This document shows positions 51,536 through 64,000 of a stretch of DNA of 64,000 bases, one piece after another. A model generated the notes under the pieces. That model ran no database searches, had not been told where the DNA came from, and saw only the letters and a list, made by a program, of their open reading frames with translations. This DNA is from Leptogorgia sarmentosa. Its lineage: Eukaryota. The position numbers and the translations under genes were made by a program. The DNA lies in the NCBI GenBank assembly GCA_964658305.1, contig OZ210885.1:24614001-24678000 (forward strand), given 5' to 3'. The number at the start of each line of letters is the position of its first letter. Position 1 is the stretch's first letter.

Positions 51536-52979
51536 GAAATACCTGTTGGCATGACTACATTAACCAGATGGGAAGACAACAGTGTTTATTGTCAAATCAT
51601 AGACAGTACGGTACCTGTTAAAAAGCGTAACCTAGCTGTTATTTTGTTAGTAGCCTTTTGTCATGCATAAATATGTCAATTCTAATTTTTTGTAGGTCGA
51701 TATGATTTGCATTGGTTTTCTCTTGTATGTGAAGCTTGTGATTGTGTTCATCAGATGTCTGTGTCAAATATTATAAACCAAGGATATTGGCCTGGTTCGC
51801 CATGCCAAGTGGACTACCTTTTTGATCAGGAGGTCTTTAGAGTGTGGGAAATATTTCGAATGCGGATGCCTGGATCTTCAGAATCTGCATTTATCAAAAC
51901 CTTAGAGGATATTTCTTTAGCTAAAAGCCGGGTAAGATCTTCAATATGTAGCCCAATACAGCTCCCACTACCAGTACATAAACTTTAGAATTCATTATTT
52001 CTAATTTTCAAGATCATTTTATTGTACAGAATCCTGACTAAAACACTTGCTCAAAATGTTAAATTTAAAAATATTTTCTGTTATATTCTATATAGGAAAA
52101 AGTGTCAGTTTTGATGTGTTTGTTAATAATGTTAATATGGCTAGTGTGTAGTTCCTGATATAGTTTTATGCATAATTATTAGAGGAAACATTATAGTAAA
52201 CCTTTGAATTAATTCCAGGTTAGTACTGTCAATACATCTACGTTCAGAAAAGCTGCAGCTGAATGGAGATACTGCCAATATGAATTGGACAATTTGCAGG
52301 AGATAAGATATATTGATTGTCCTCCATGCTCTGTGTCACAACATTCTGCCCATGTGGATGGAAATCACAAGCTTTACCATTTCAGCAGTGTGCCAAGGTA
52401 TGCTAGCCTATTATGGAACATAGAAATATTATAGAAAATTGTGTAGTTCCAATCAAATAGAAATTAGTTTGGAATTACATTTCAAATTAAAACAGTCCTG
52501 CTGAAATTTGTACTCAAATGCCCTCTGGATTTTCTGTTACAGGTGCCAGTCCCAACATGTGTATTTTCCAATTTTAAATTATAAAATTTTATGTTGCGCC
52601 TTCTAGAGGTGACAGAACTTCCTACTATGGGGATCTTTTTATCAAAAACAACAAAGATGTTGATGACCAGATTGCTGAAGTGTATAGCTCAGAAAAGAAA
52701 CAGGTAGCTAACTTGATTTATCATATGTCATATTGAAAATTACCAGTGCATTTAGATGGACAACTGTGGATTTGTTGGAAATGTGTTAAACTCAGGAATG
52801 TGGCAAAAAATGAAGTTCTGACACATTCATATATGTATGTACGTATTTATAAGAAATGCGATTTACTTTTTATTGTGTTAAATATGTAGACCAAGTTGTC
52901 AGAGAGTGTCAAACTTGTCAAGTTTTATAAGGAAATGTGTTACAAACTGCAGCAATAATGTAATTATTGCTCTCAATAA

Positions 52980-53121
52980 GGCCTGTTTCATACGTCGAAC
53001 TTTAGTCGCGTCGAATGCAATTAGAACAATAGATAATGAGATAACTTGCCTCATTATCAGCTCATTATCCTTTGTCTGAATTGCATTCGACGCGACTAAA
53101 GTTCGATGTTTGAAACAGGCC
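52980..53121. mobile_element. PIF/Harbinger (Tourist-like) MITE
   Basis: Near-complete 142-bp palindrome GGCCTGTTTCA...TGAAACAGGCC with TAA on both sides. Confidence 0.9.
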
Positions 53122-54059
53122 TAAGGTTAGCGATTCATCCTCGCTTTCAAGTTTACTTACGGTAGTGCTTTCCGGAAGAGTGCCTTTGGTAATGACAAAA
53201 CTGATTTTTCATTGAGTCAAACAAAAATCAAATGCCCGGAAAAAACACGCTTGAGAGTGAAAAAATACTAAAATTTGGTTTAAAAAATGGTGTAATGTGT
53301 AGAGAATGTAGTTAAGGAATACTGTAGTTACCACAAAGCTATATAATCGCATTTTACAACACTTCGCCACCAAATTGTTGGATTGTTAATGTATAGATCA
53401 TAGATGTACTTACTGTACTGTAGTGTGTGTCTTGCGAGTTGTGTAAATGATTTGTAAATGTTATTGTATTGTAGATTGAAAACAACACATGTGGAGATTC
53501 CCACTGGAAAGCAGCAAAGGCTGTCAGTAAAAGCAAGAAAAAGCAGGACGAAACTGGCATAGAGGTTGCCTGCTGTCGGCACAGTATGGCACAAGCGGCA
53601 GTCAATATGTTTCGGGGGGAAATATATGGGTATGCACACTATTTGCATACTCAGTACCTGTTGCCAAAACAAGTCAAATTCATCTGGCAAGATGTAATCT
53701 GTCTTTATTGGCCATGGGCATTGTCAAACACACCTTCCCGATTCCTTGGTGCTCTTGATATAACTCCTGCACTGTCAGTTATGCATGGTAAATCACATTC
53801 TTGGAACTGCCAGGTATGCAACACATAATTATAACAAACCTTGATGTGTAGCAATAGAAATAGTGACAACTCCGGTACTGTATTTTGTTTGAGAAAAAAA
53901 TATGCGGAATTCTGTGTTTTAGTTCACGTGGGGCAGAAGATGGCAAGATGGCGCTGCTAATACTACAGGAGAAGAAGCTGAACAAGTGAACAGTTACATT
54001 TCTCGTCTAGGCTCTACTACAAAAAGAATGACTGCAGCTGGTACGTTTGTACGCAGCAG

Positions 54060-57000
54060 GTCTGAAAACTCGCAGTCACGTGTTTCATACAGTTGTTGTA
54101 CGTTATACTGCTTAATATGAGCCTTTATCTTTTATCAGCTGGTATATCACTGACTATCTGTTTCTCCATATACATAAGCATAAGCGCCTCTAAATGTTCC
54201 TGACTTATGCTGCTTCGTAATCTATTCTTAACAAACTTCAACGTTCAGAAGCTTCTTTCGCATTCAACTTGTGTTACAGCTAGCGTTACTAGGTACTTAT
54301 AAGCTGTATACAGTTCGGTATATGCTGATGAGTTGAGGCCATACTCATGTAGAAGTTTATATGCACAATTAAAACACGATTTACAGGATTTGTTTGGTCT
54401 ACATGATAAGGATATGTCCACTGACTCGTCGTCTGACTTGTCTCTACTGTCCGAGTCTGTCTCAGAATCTTCAGATTCCTCATCGATATTTCCCTCGTCA
54501 GAAGAACGTAGAGCTTCAGGAAGTGTCTTCACCATCCTTGGAAACGAATGATGTCCACAAGTTGCTCCCTCAGCTTAACCGGATCTACATGCTTACCGAG
54601 CTTTTCACAGATACTTTCAAATGCACTTTGAGGCAAACCAACCCTGCTGGATTCGTCAAATCGGCGAGGGTCTAAAACGGCAAAATCTTGGTATAGTTTC
54701 TCATGATCCGCGAATCTGCTCTTGATGCTTGCTACAACTTGATCCATCACAACATTGTATACTTCCACTTGGTACTTCTCATTGCCATCGAGGGTGTCGC
54801 TGTCATCTGTTTCGCCAAAAGGTAGCTTCCTCCTTCGAATTCGTTTAGATGGCAGACTTTCCTCAACCTCGACATCGCTATTGAGGGAGGCCAGTTGGTT
54901 GTTCGCGTTTTCTGCAAACTGTGTGGCGACTCTCAACACGGTAGAAAAGTCTCTGCTGATCCTTTCAAGTTTTTCAATGGCTGACTCGACCATCCTCCAC
55001 GCTTGAAGTATATCTAGACCACTGGTTTGAAGGTACTCTGAGAGCGGCGTAGTAATTGCAAATATTCTGTTGAAGGTAGCGGCTGTCAGGATTGTCTCGA
55101 ATTTCGTCAGTTTATCCACGAGAGTTCTCGCTTCGTCTCTCGCAGTAACATTGAACCGTGGGCTGCTTACAATTTCTGAGAAACAAGTTAACACATCTAC
55201 ATACAAAGACTTGTTTACCGCCTCCTTGTTGCCAAACTCTCCAAATATCTTCTGAACAGCGCCTGCCTTAGCCCACCAACGCGTCTTCCTAATTGTGTTC
55301 AGCTTCATGAGTTTAGCCGTTCCAACTTTTTCACTTAAACAGTTGATCCACTCATTCATATTTTTGTATGATCCATGAACAAACGTGGCGGTAGAATTAA
55401 GCAGCGTGAAATAACTCATCGCTGGAACCGTTGACGATGTTGTGTCCCCAAGAACGAGATTCAAAGTGTGCGCATAGCACCAAACATGGACGTGATTCTC
55501 AGCAACTTCACGTATACGTGCTTGCACACCTCGGTACTGTCCAGACATATTCGCCGCACCGTCAAAGCTATCTCCAATGCAGTTTTCCATGTCAATGTTC
55601 AAACGATCGAGATTAGCTTTCAGAAGATCAAAAAGACCCTCACCAGTAGAACTTGTGGCCTTCACAAAAAATAACAATCTTTCGCATACGAGACCATTGT
55701 GAGCATATCTCAATATAATAGAGCACTGGTCTTGGCAGGATACATCTTGAGTCGTATCTATCTCGACAGAGAAAATCTTTGCTTCTTGGACTTCTTTTGA
55801 TATTGTTTTTTGAATTATATCTTTCATTATTCCGATCAATTTTGATATTGTAGTCTTGCTCATAAACGTTATCAATGATCCCCGTCCTCTATTCTTAGAC
55901 TTCTTCTTATCTTTTTTGGCACTCTGCTTCTTCATTGCCATGTTACTTTTCTCAACAACTGTGGTAAGGTGACTCTGTAAAATGGCATCAAATTTCCCAA
56001 CAAGTTTGATGATTTCAAGAAAGTTTCCATGATTTCTCGAATCGTCAAAAAGTTTGTAAACAGCTTCGTTTCTTTTGCCACGTATAGCAAGTCCGCTCTT
56101 GCCAATTAATTTAACCGTTTCAATAACTCGCGTTAACACATTTCGGCGATAGTTAATTTCGACAAGGCGTTGGGAAACAAGGGTGTCGTTTCTCACATTT
56201 CTTATCATACATTCTGATTTATAGACCATGTAGGCTTCAACATTAACAGAGTGGGTCTTGCATTCTTCGTGTTCTTTGATCCTCGTATAGAAATGTTTCT
56301 TATCATCAACATCGCAATAGAACACCGAGTCTGAACTTTTCCCGAAAGCAATGCAAATTGAACAGCGTACTGTTCGTTCTTTCGATGCATACGTCAGCCA
56401 TTGTCGCTGTACCTTTTGACCATTGGCATCAAGACGAAAATACGCGCGCTGTGTATTGAATGGAACATCTGCACGTGGCTGGTGTGGGTGAAATTCGAAA
56501 AAGGATTTGAGGTTGTCTATTGAAGGACGTGTAAAATACCGCAAACTAGTTGACTCATTCTCATCCAGATTTGCTTCAGGAGATAGTTTCCTCTTGAGTC
56601 CTCTAAATCTTGATATTTCATCATTATTGTTAATTGACGACGACAGAGACGTTTCTTCTAAAGGCCCAAAATTCGCGTCACCATCATCTTGAAGGTCATC
56701 AATCGACTGAAGTTGGATGTTCGCTGGAAAGGTCAAGACTCAAGGAGTCAAGGTCACTACGACGTATTTACAGGTGATCTGTTTAATGGTCTGTACACTG
56801 TACTGTAGCCGTAGGGCCGTAGGCTGTCCCGCTGTACTGACTAATGAGTATAGTAACTCCTAAATTAAATTTTATTTATGTCGTCGCAAACGTTCAGAAC
56901 TTTGTAAATGTATCTATATAATCTAATAATAATAATAATAATAATTAATATAAAAATCAAATGAAGTAAATGAACCATAGCCGCTCCAAAGTGAAAGAAT

Positions 57001-57659
57001 CAAGGAATTATTTTACTAGTTGTAGAGTTTATAATAGAATATAGATTATGCTTGCTTCGAAAACAATGAGATACTTTCATAAATAATTTATCGACAAATT
57101 AAAATACCTTCTGCATCCTCCTTAGCCTTTGCATCATCGTCGTCAAATTCTGCTGAATTCTCTGTTTTGCGAGTAGTGGTACTGCCGCACGAGAAATAAT
57201 TTGTTAAACTGTAAGATTGTGCTGCTGCTTCATGCAGTTTTGCTAGTTTCTTTTCACGTCTTTTCTGTGCACCGCTTTTAACTGCTTTATTCATGAATAT
57301 TCATTTATTTTCATTTTGTATTTTAAAAACACGAGATCAAGAAACACAGTCTAGTATGCTGAGTATGCGATATCATGCGCAGCGGCAGAGCGAAGGCAGT
57401 TAGGCGGTACTTCATGTTGCGGCAAGTGGCAAACGAACACTTTTAGTCTATTAAGTACAATCGCTGGCTTGGTGACTTCGATCTCGCTTTTATTAAACTG
57501 TTTTATAGTCTGGTTACTCAACTAGATACAATTGAAAGAAAGAAGATTATCTTAAATTTTCAATGCACCACTGAAAGAACGAAGGGCCCGAAGGGGCCCA
57601 AAAAGCAGGGGGCCCACCGGGCGATCACCCGGTGAGCCCGACTGGCCAGTCCGCCCCTG
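54060..57659 (-). mobile_element. hAT transposon with one TIR visible; the other end is lost
   Basis: Terminal CAGGGGCGGACTGG on the - strand at 57659 with GGGCCC-rich subterminal repeats. Left boundary approximate. Confidence 0.85.
54124..57294 (-). pseudogene. ZMYM1-like hAT transposase (735-aa ORF, upstream exon, frameshifted tail)
   Basis: RQWLTY..CSICIAF; NHGNFLE; FSVEIDTTQD; SFDGAANMSG; WCYAHTLNL; KTRWWAK; VTQVECERSF*. Confidence 0.93.
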
Positions 57660-59601
57660 GTCGAAGCTACAGAAAAAAGCAAAAATTTTGTATTTTTGAA
57701 TACAAAGGAGAACACGTGATGTAACTAAAGTAGCTGGTAGGTTAATCTTTGCATTTGTAAACAATGCCTTCTGTTTCCGTGTTGACTATTGATAGGAGGG
57801 AGGGGGGTGTCGGTACTTGTAGTTTGAAATTTAATTCTTTTCTCTTTTTTGTAAATATATGAATAGATCGATCTAAAATGAGGTCGAGCATGAGGAAAAA
57901 ATTGAGCACTGAAAAACAGAGTTTAAAAGCAGTTGCAGATAAGCTGAATGCATTTGGCGTCATGTGTGGCCGGGGTAAAGTTTCACTAGAGGAGGTCTTG
58001 GATGGAAATTTTCCATGGACAGAAAATGATAGTGAAGTTGGTAATGTATATTCTGCGCTCTCACTTAATTGTTTCGACACAATGTTCAACACAACGGATA
58101 ACCATGCAGATAATTGCAATGCATGAAGTGATCTAAGTGTATGCGTTATTTTAGACTCGATTCCAATTCGTACCAAGGCAGGTGTAGTGGACAAATTCGT
58201 CAGCGTACAACGGTTGAAAGAGGAGCAAGATTTATTGATCAGGGAAATGATAAATTTTATGGCATACTACAGGGAGATTGTTCTTAACAAATTGGAAGCA
58301 CAGCATCATGAGATAAAAGAAAGAATTGGTAAAATAAACGACGTCAAACTGTATAGATAAGCTCTGCATATGACTGCTGCTAAAATTAATTCCATATACA
58401 CCTGAATCCTAATGGTTTATATATGCTTTTTTATTGTATACAGAAAATAAAATGAATCCAGATTTTTTCACTGAAGAAGAAAGGGTATGCATAAACAGTT
58501 GAAAAAACAATCAATCTATGTAGCCCACGTACAATTATTGTTCTTGTATATAATTGTCTGTGTGGATGTGTGTAAAAAACGACATGTTGCACAATATGTA
58601 TTTTTTCATAGGCCGCATCGCATGAGCTTTCTGACGCATACCTGAAACGATACGAAAATAAGAAGGAACACGTTGTGTCTTTAAAAGGAAAACTTGCTAT
58701 TCGCAATGCTGGAAAATGGTTTGCAAAGCTACAGCTTCAGAATGGAATGAAGAATTTCCGAGGCCTTGAAAGCATAGATCTCGAACAGTATGAAGTTGAT
58801 GAAGAAGAGGATGAAGATGAGGAAGATGAAGCAGGATTGTCTGAGGATGAATCGTCGTCGTCGTCCGAGATCGAGGAAAACGAACGTTAACTTTTGCATT
58901 AATTTCATAATACTGTAAATAAAGGCACATAAACATCCTAATATCGTTCAGCTCCATGTTTGAGCTGCCAACTGCACTGACCAGATATCTCATATAATTT
59001 TACTAAGATCATGGAGATACTTGATTAAATAAAGCACCACCCTTTACACCACCCTGGATTGCAAACGGCGCCGCCCTGCTGGGAATAGTGCTTTGTTGAA
59101 ATGAATATGCTCTCTTACTGTAGTTCGTGCCGTAGGAAACCATGTGTTCTTCATACACGCGTACACATGGCGTAAGATGTTGCATAAACACTTTTAGCCC
59201 GGGTAATATATAAAACGAACACCAATTCGTCCAGCAAGGCAATCCACTTTCTTCCCTTTTCCTCACCGGATATTAAACTTAAACATTTTATACACGAGTT
59301 TAAGCATCATGATGCTTATTTGGATTGTCTGGTGAAGGCCGTATTTGTGCAAATTGGTTCGATTCCAATTCAATCCTTTCAAGTTGAGTGACATTTTAAT
59401 GGCCGTTTTTATACTAGAGGCGATATTATCGTCCAGACATTATTATCGTACGGACGACATTATCGTGTAGTATAAAAACTCGACCGGCAAAATGGACGAC
59501 TTAAACAAGTCAGTGCGAATCAAAGAGACTGGGAATCATTATGAAAGCCGGAAGTTGGTTGCCGGAAGTATAGAAATTTCGTATCATCGTATGTAATTAC
59601 A

Positions 59602-60864
59602 ATGGATTATAATCTGCTTGTCGCACAGCAATTAGTGAATATTAAAAGAAGGAAATATGAAAGGGAAAAACAAGAAATGGAATTGTTTTTAAAAAGGAAA
59701 AATCAGTCGAGAAAGAGGCTTTTGTTAGAGAGGAACGAGGAAAATGAACTGGCGGCAATACTTGGCTTATGCGCAGTGGCAATCAAGAATCCAAGGAAGA
59801 TGCGGGATAGAGATGAACAAAGAGACACGTCATGGTGGGAAAATGGTTATGTCAATTGGAGTGATATGGCGTTCAAAAAGCGTTTGCGATTGAACCGAGA
59901 TACATTTCAATTTATACTTGAAAATATAAGGGATAAAATTGAAAAAAAATCGACTCGGCTTAAACCAACTCCTATCCCAGCCTATACTCGACTTGCAATC
60001 TGTCTATATAGGCTGGCACATGGATGTACTTACAGTACAGTTGGAGACCTTTTCGGTGTAGCTGAATCTACCGCAGCAGTAATTTTTAACGACGTTTGCG
60101 TGGTACTGGTTTCAACATTTTATGACCAATTTGTTAGGTTACCAGCAGACACTGCTGAATGGAAAGAGGAACTTAGAAAATTCCTGGAAAATTGGGAATT
60201 TCCGTGTGTTGGAGCATGGGACGGGTTTCATGTCTATGTCTGCACAAAGTTAAAAAATTACTTCAGCTTCAAAAAAAGATACTCTGTTTCATGTATGGGA
60301 TTTATTGCCTCAAACAAGAAGTTTTTCTGGGCAGCTGTTGGGGCACCAGGTTCAACACATGATTCTAGGTTACTCAGAAGTTGCACACTTTTCGAAGAAA
60401 TTGAGCGAGGGTGTGTCTTTCCTAACTCTGTATTAAGAACAAATGAGTATGGGGATATACCAATCACAACTGTAGGTGATTCAGCTTTTCCACGACTGCC
60501 TTGGCTTATGAAACCGTACGATGAAAGTACAAGAGATCCAAAAAAACGTTATTTCAACAAACGTCTCTGCTCAGCCCGTGTTGTAACAGAACATGCCTAT
60601 GGGATGCTGAAAGGACGATGGCGGTTTCTGTATAAAAAGACAGAGTGTAGGTTGAAGAATATAAGGCATGTCATAATGGCCTGCATTGCCCTTCACAATT
60701 TATGTATCGAAAAGAATGACCCTTGCAAACCCCGATGGAGGCTGGAGGTTAAAGAGTTGCACCTTATTCGCAGCAGGGGCAATAAAGAGAATAACACCAC
60801 TCAGGCTGATCAGGTCAGATCAAAGATTACCGATTGGTTATGGGATATACACCAACAGAGATAA
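59602..60864 (+). CDS. Harbinger DDE transposase (HARBI1-like), 420 aa
   Basis: Uninterrupted ORF; RLAICLYRLAHG; GAWDGFH; PGSTHDSR; GDSAFP; ARVVTEHAYGMLKGRW; CIALHN. Confidence 0.95.
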   Translation: MDYNLLVAQQLVNIKRRKYEREKQEMELFLKRKNQSRKRLLLERNEENELAAILGLCAVAIKNPRKMRDRDEQRDTSWWENGYVNWSDMAFKKRLRLNRDTFQFILENIRDKIEKKSTRLKPTPIPAYTRLAICLYRLAHGCTYSTVGDLFGVAESTAAVIFNDVCVVLVSTFYDQFVRLPADTAEWKEELRKFLENWEFPCVGAWDGFHVYVCTKLKNYFSFKKRYSVSCMGFIASNKKFFWAAVGAPGSTHDSRLLRSCTLFEEIERGCVFPNSVLRTNEYGDIPITTVGDSAFPRLPWLMKPYDESTRDPKKRYFNKRLCSARVVTEHAYGMLKGRWRFLYKKTECRLKNIRHVIMACIALHNLCIEKNDPCKPRWRLEVKELHLIRSRGNKENNTTQADQVRSKITDWLWDIHQQR

Positions 60865-61528
60865 CAATTTTGCAGTAACACTAGTGTTGCACATTTCCAG
60901 TTGTATTCTCTATTGCATGTACCATACTATTAGGTAATTCTAGAGTATGAATATACTTTCTTCATGAAAAAAATTAATTCTCTCCTTCCCTTTGAATGGC
61001 AGAAATGTTCGTTTATTTTGTGGTTGAAATGAAAAGGGTTTTTAATGATCCAACTACAGAACATATTGCAGTACAAGGGCAGAAAGAGGAAGTGCAGTGT
61101 CTGAGCCCTTTAAAAGTGATATTGATAAAATAGTAAAATAAAACTGGACCAACAAATGTTTAAGGAAGGCAACCTCCATTTAACACAATGTTATTATTTA
61201 CTGTTGACAAAAAAAATTGAACATGTAACTACTACTAATTGAAATTATGTTGATGAAACATTCCTATTATTAATCAACAAAGGATGTAGGTTGAAGTCTC
61301 AGTATAGCTTCAACATCAAGTTATGTTTGATTAGCTTGGGGATGGGGATTATGTTGGAGCTTAGATGTCTCATTTTATAGAATATATTTCACAACTATCT
61401 GATTTTTCAAAGAACAAATCAGATCTAAAGCAGTCTTATAACACAAGACTGTGTTTGTAAATTTGAAAAAAACATGAACATGCTGTGTATGGTTTTTTAG
61501 GTAGTAAAGTTAGCCATGAACATAATTT

Positions 61529-63028
61529 TTATGGGAATGAACCCTGCCTATTATAACTATCTAAATTTGTGATGTGTGGTTCTTGAGAGGATACTTCATG
61601 AAAACCAGTTGAGAATATTGCTCCAGGATATTGAGAATACTGTTGAGAATACGCTTGAGGATACTGTTGTTGTTGCTGTTGCGTTGTAGGATTCTGTGAC
61701 CGAACCATGATTTCCATTAGGCGCAATTCATGTTGCCTGTTTAAGTCAGCTTGCCTTTCTTGGTACTTCAGGAATGCTTCTTCTCTTTTATGTTCAGCGT
61801 CTGCCCACATTTCCATGCGCTTCTCCTGTGATTTTTGAAGATTATCAAAGCTTGCAGCTAATCTACATATAGCTTCTTTTTGAGAGGTGACCTTACGTTT
61901 TCTAGGTCTCAAGGACACACTTGTAACACAACCTTCTCTTTTTTTCTGCACATCTTTACCACTTGTTGAACTGCAAAAAAGTTTATTATAATTTTAATTA
62001 GTGATGACTCAATCAAAGGTGTTTTTGCAGATGACCCTCATTATTTTAACAGTCTCATTGGCAGCTTGTTAACACACTTTTGTGATGGTACACTTGCCTG
62101 GAGCATGTGACATCACATGAAATTAGAAACAGTCCTTGTCTACCCTTATTAAGTGTTTTGACAGCAGCGTAAATCAAGGAGTGTTTACTGATGTAAAATA
62201 CCTTCCTCTCCATGGCGTAGGGAGGAGAGAGGGAAAGTCACTCCCATCTTTCAAGTGTAATTGCTTGCACACAGGGCCCTGTTTTATTGAATATGGGCCT
62301 GCCTTAGTTCCCACACTACAGTATATTGTAATTTTGCTGTTTTATATAATAACCCAATACCTTCCATCTGTTTGATCAGTTTGATCTTCTTCATCTGAAG
62401 AGCGACTCAAAAGACTCTCTGATGTAGCTCCATCATATGACATGTTTGACTGGAAAGATGAACTCCTCTGTTGATTTCTAAGGAGATCACTTTCATGAGT
62501 TTCATCCACTCTCTCGTCACTTAGCTCGTCACCAGTTTCACCGGCACTATCTTCTTCGTTTTCACTTGACAAAAGATCACTTGCTTTGGTTGCAACTTTC
62601 AATTTTGCATTGGTTTCCGAAAATATTGGATTTATTATGTGAAACCACTCCGGCTCGTTCATGGCTGCTTTGCCACTTCCTGACTTGACTCTATCCGTAT
62701 ATTGTCGCCACTTATCTTTGATCCACTTATACTTTGCTCGAAGTTTAACAATTGATGTGTCAATGCTTTTTTCTTTCTTTTGAACCTTGGAGCTGGCAGG
62801 TTCTTCTCGTCGCTCCGTTTCAGATTCTTGTTGTTTGGATAGACGACTATCAAATTCTTTCTTAATGCTTTCGAATACATGAAGATTGGCCGATTTTTTC
62901 AAAGCTAAAGACTCTAGCGTAAATGCAAAATCAGTCTGGTCATCTGCAAGAACAGTTGCAAATATTTTAAGCTGTGATAAACTCCATCTCGCACCCCGAA
63001 CCTCCTTATTTTTGCGTTTGGGCGCCAT
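61529..63028 (-). CDS. Harbinger accessory Myb/SANT(trihelix)-like DNA-binding protein, 2 exons (63028-62361, 61970-61529), 369 aa
   Basis: ARWSLSQL..LRAKYKWIKDKW..EPEWF, acidic linker and coiled-coil tail. A GT-AG intron (61971-62360) joins the two ORFs in frame. Confidence 0.85.
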
Positions 63029-63865
63029 GTTGTTTACAGTGTCAAGCGTCAACCTCGATTTCATTCGCCTGAGTCAGCTCAAAATCGTCTCCAATGCTGG
63101 TGAATTATGCCGACTTGTTTTTATACTGGACGATTTTATCGTCTGAGACGATATTACCGTGTATAAGAGCGTCTTCCAGACGCTCTTATCTGAGGACGTT
63201 ATTACCATCAGACGAAATTGTCGTCGCCGTATTTATATTAGACGTTAACGTCGTCTGAAGACGATAATGTCGTCTCAGACGATAATATCGTCTCTAGTAT
63301 AAAAACGGCCAATGACTTAAGTTACATATTGTTGAAATTCTTTTCCCTATAATTATAAGGTTAAAATAAGTCGCTTAGAAATTTATAAATGTATAAAAAC
63401 ACAATGTTTATACGACGGAACAGGTTTTTTCATCAATTTGATCTATTTTGATGCCTGGTGACAAATGGAGGTTTGGTTCGCACATACTTTATATGTACAT
63501 GTAGTATTATTAAGACGAAGGTTTTCTGTGTGTCACATATCTCGCGCTGATGAGTTCATAATTATAAATGATATAAAACGAAAATAAAAATGATTTTGGA
63601 GGGTTCGCCAAAGAGAAAATCAGGTCTGAAATCTTGCATTTATTGTTTAAATCTTCATTCATATTGTGCAGGTTATACCAGCATTGATGCTCATAATTTT
63701 CATATTCCCTTTACTTTCTCAATTCATGCACACACGTCCCATTTCGAAGATAGCAAACAGTTTTGTCGAGACAGATATTATCATAGACTCTTAACCAGGG
63801 TGATCTCAATACATGGAAAAGGACTGGGAGTAGCTGTCAGATAGAAATCCATGGTAAAGTGAGAT

Positions 63866-64000
63866 CAGGGATGCCGGAAGTTATTCAAGGGAACGGGTGC
63901 AATTTTTTATCAAAAGGGCATATTTTTGACAAAAGGGCACAACCAAATATGAAAAGGCACTTAAAAACCTAGGACACAAGTTAACCGAAGAAGACATGAA
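63866..64000. mobile_element. Possible left end of another hAT-like element
   Basis: CAGGGATGCCGG start followed by repeated AAAAGGGCA subterminal motifs. Runs off the window. Confidence 0.35.

Larger units (their letters stand above)
46523..58890 (+). pseudogene. KDZ (Kyakuja-Dileera-Zisupton) transposase gene, Kyakuja/CxC3-like, many exons, interrupted by four TEs
   Basis: Exons encode CMAC..KCSVC..LCPDCDDALH..LHDR; GRYDL..GYWPGSP..PGSSESAF; CPPC..AHVDGNHKLY; DETGIEVACCRH..NMFRGEIYGY..WQDVIC..VMHGKSHSWNCQ; GAANTTGEEAEQVNS; acidic tail ending 58890. GT-AG junctions. Confidence 0.85.
59401..63310. mobile_element. Full-length PIF/Harbinger transposon, apparently intact
   Basis: TIR GGCCGTTTTTATACTAGAG.CGATATTATCGTC, 3-bp TSD AAT (59398-59400, 63311-63313), two convergent open genes. 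Confidence 0.95.

Noticed and set aside
59602..60864. Domesticated HARBI1 gene (likewise ZBED1/ZMYM1 for the hAT ORFs)
   Set aside because: Flanked by TIRs and a TSD with the partner Myb gene; the hAT copies are disrupted or TIR-bounded, so no host symbols were assigned.
63540..63600. Hammerhead ribozyme suggested by CTGATGAG...CGAAA
   Set aside because: No convincing stem II or stem III pairing around the core motifs.

Overview
AT-rich, intron-containing eukaryotic DNA. The TE repertoire suggests an invertebrate metazoan, possibly a cnidarian (inference). I found no convincing host gene, RNA gene or CRISPR array: the window is a dense nest of transposons inserted into one another. From left to right: a possible Polinton-like remnant; a decayed BED-finger hAT carrying a Tc1/mariner MITE; an Ngaro/DIRS retroelement with split direct repeats, interrupted by a Gypsy and a MITE; a TTF-finger hAT; a complete AcademH (transposase plus RecQ helicase, 9-bp TSD); a fragmented PIF1-helicase element with a co-oriented orphan ORF, split by a hAT and a highly divergent hAT-like element; a Sola3-like remnant; a GC-rich structured island next to a TTAGGG-containing 68-bp satellite; a complete canonical Academ with Tc1 and hAT inserts; a multi-exon KDZ (Kyakuja-like) transposase gene interrupted by a solo LTR, a hAT with a 6-bp TSD, a Harbinger MITE and another hAT; and an apparently intact two-gene Harbinger. 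The best novelty candidates are the PIF1 plus orphan-ORF element with its possible structured and telomere-like upstream region, the divergent hAT-like transposase, and the spliced KDZ gene. Family assignments come from motif recognition, not database searches.
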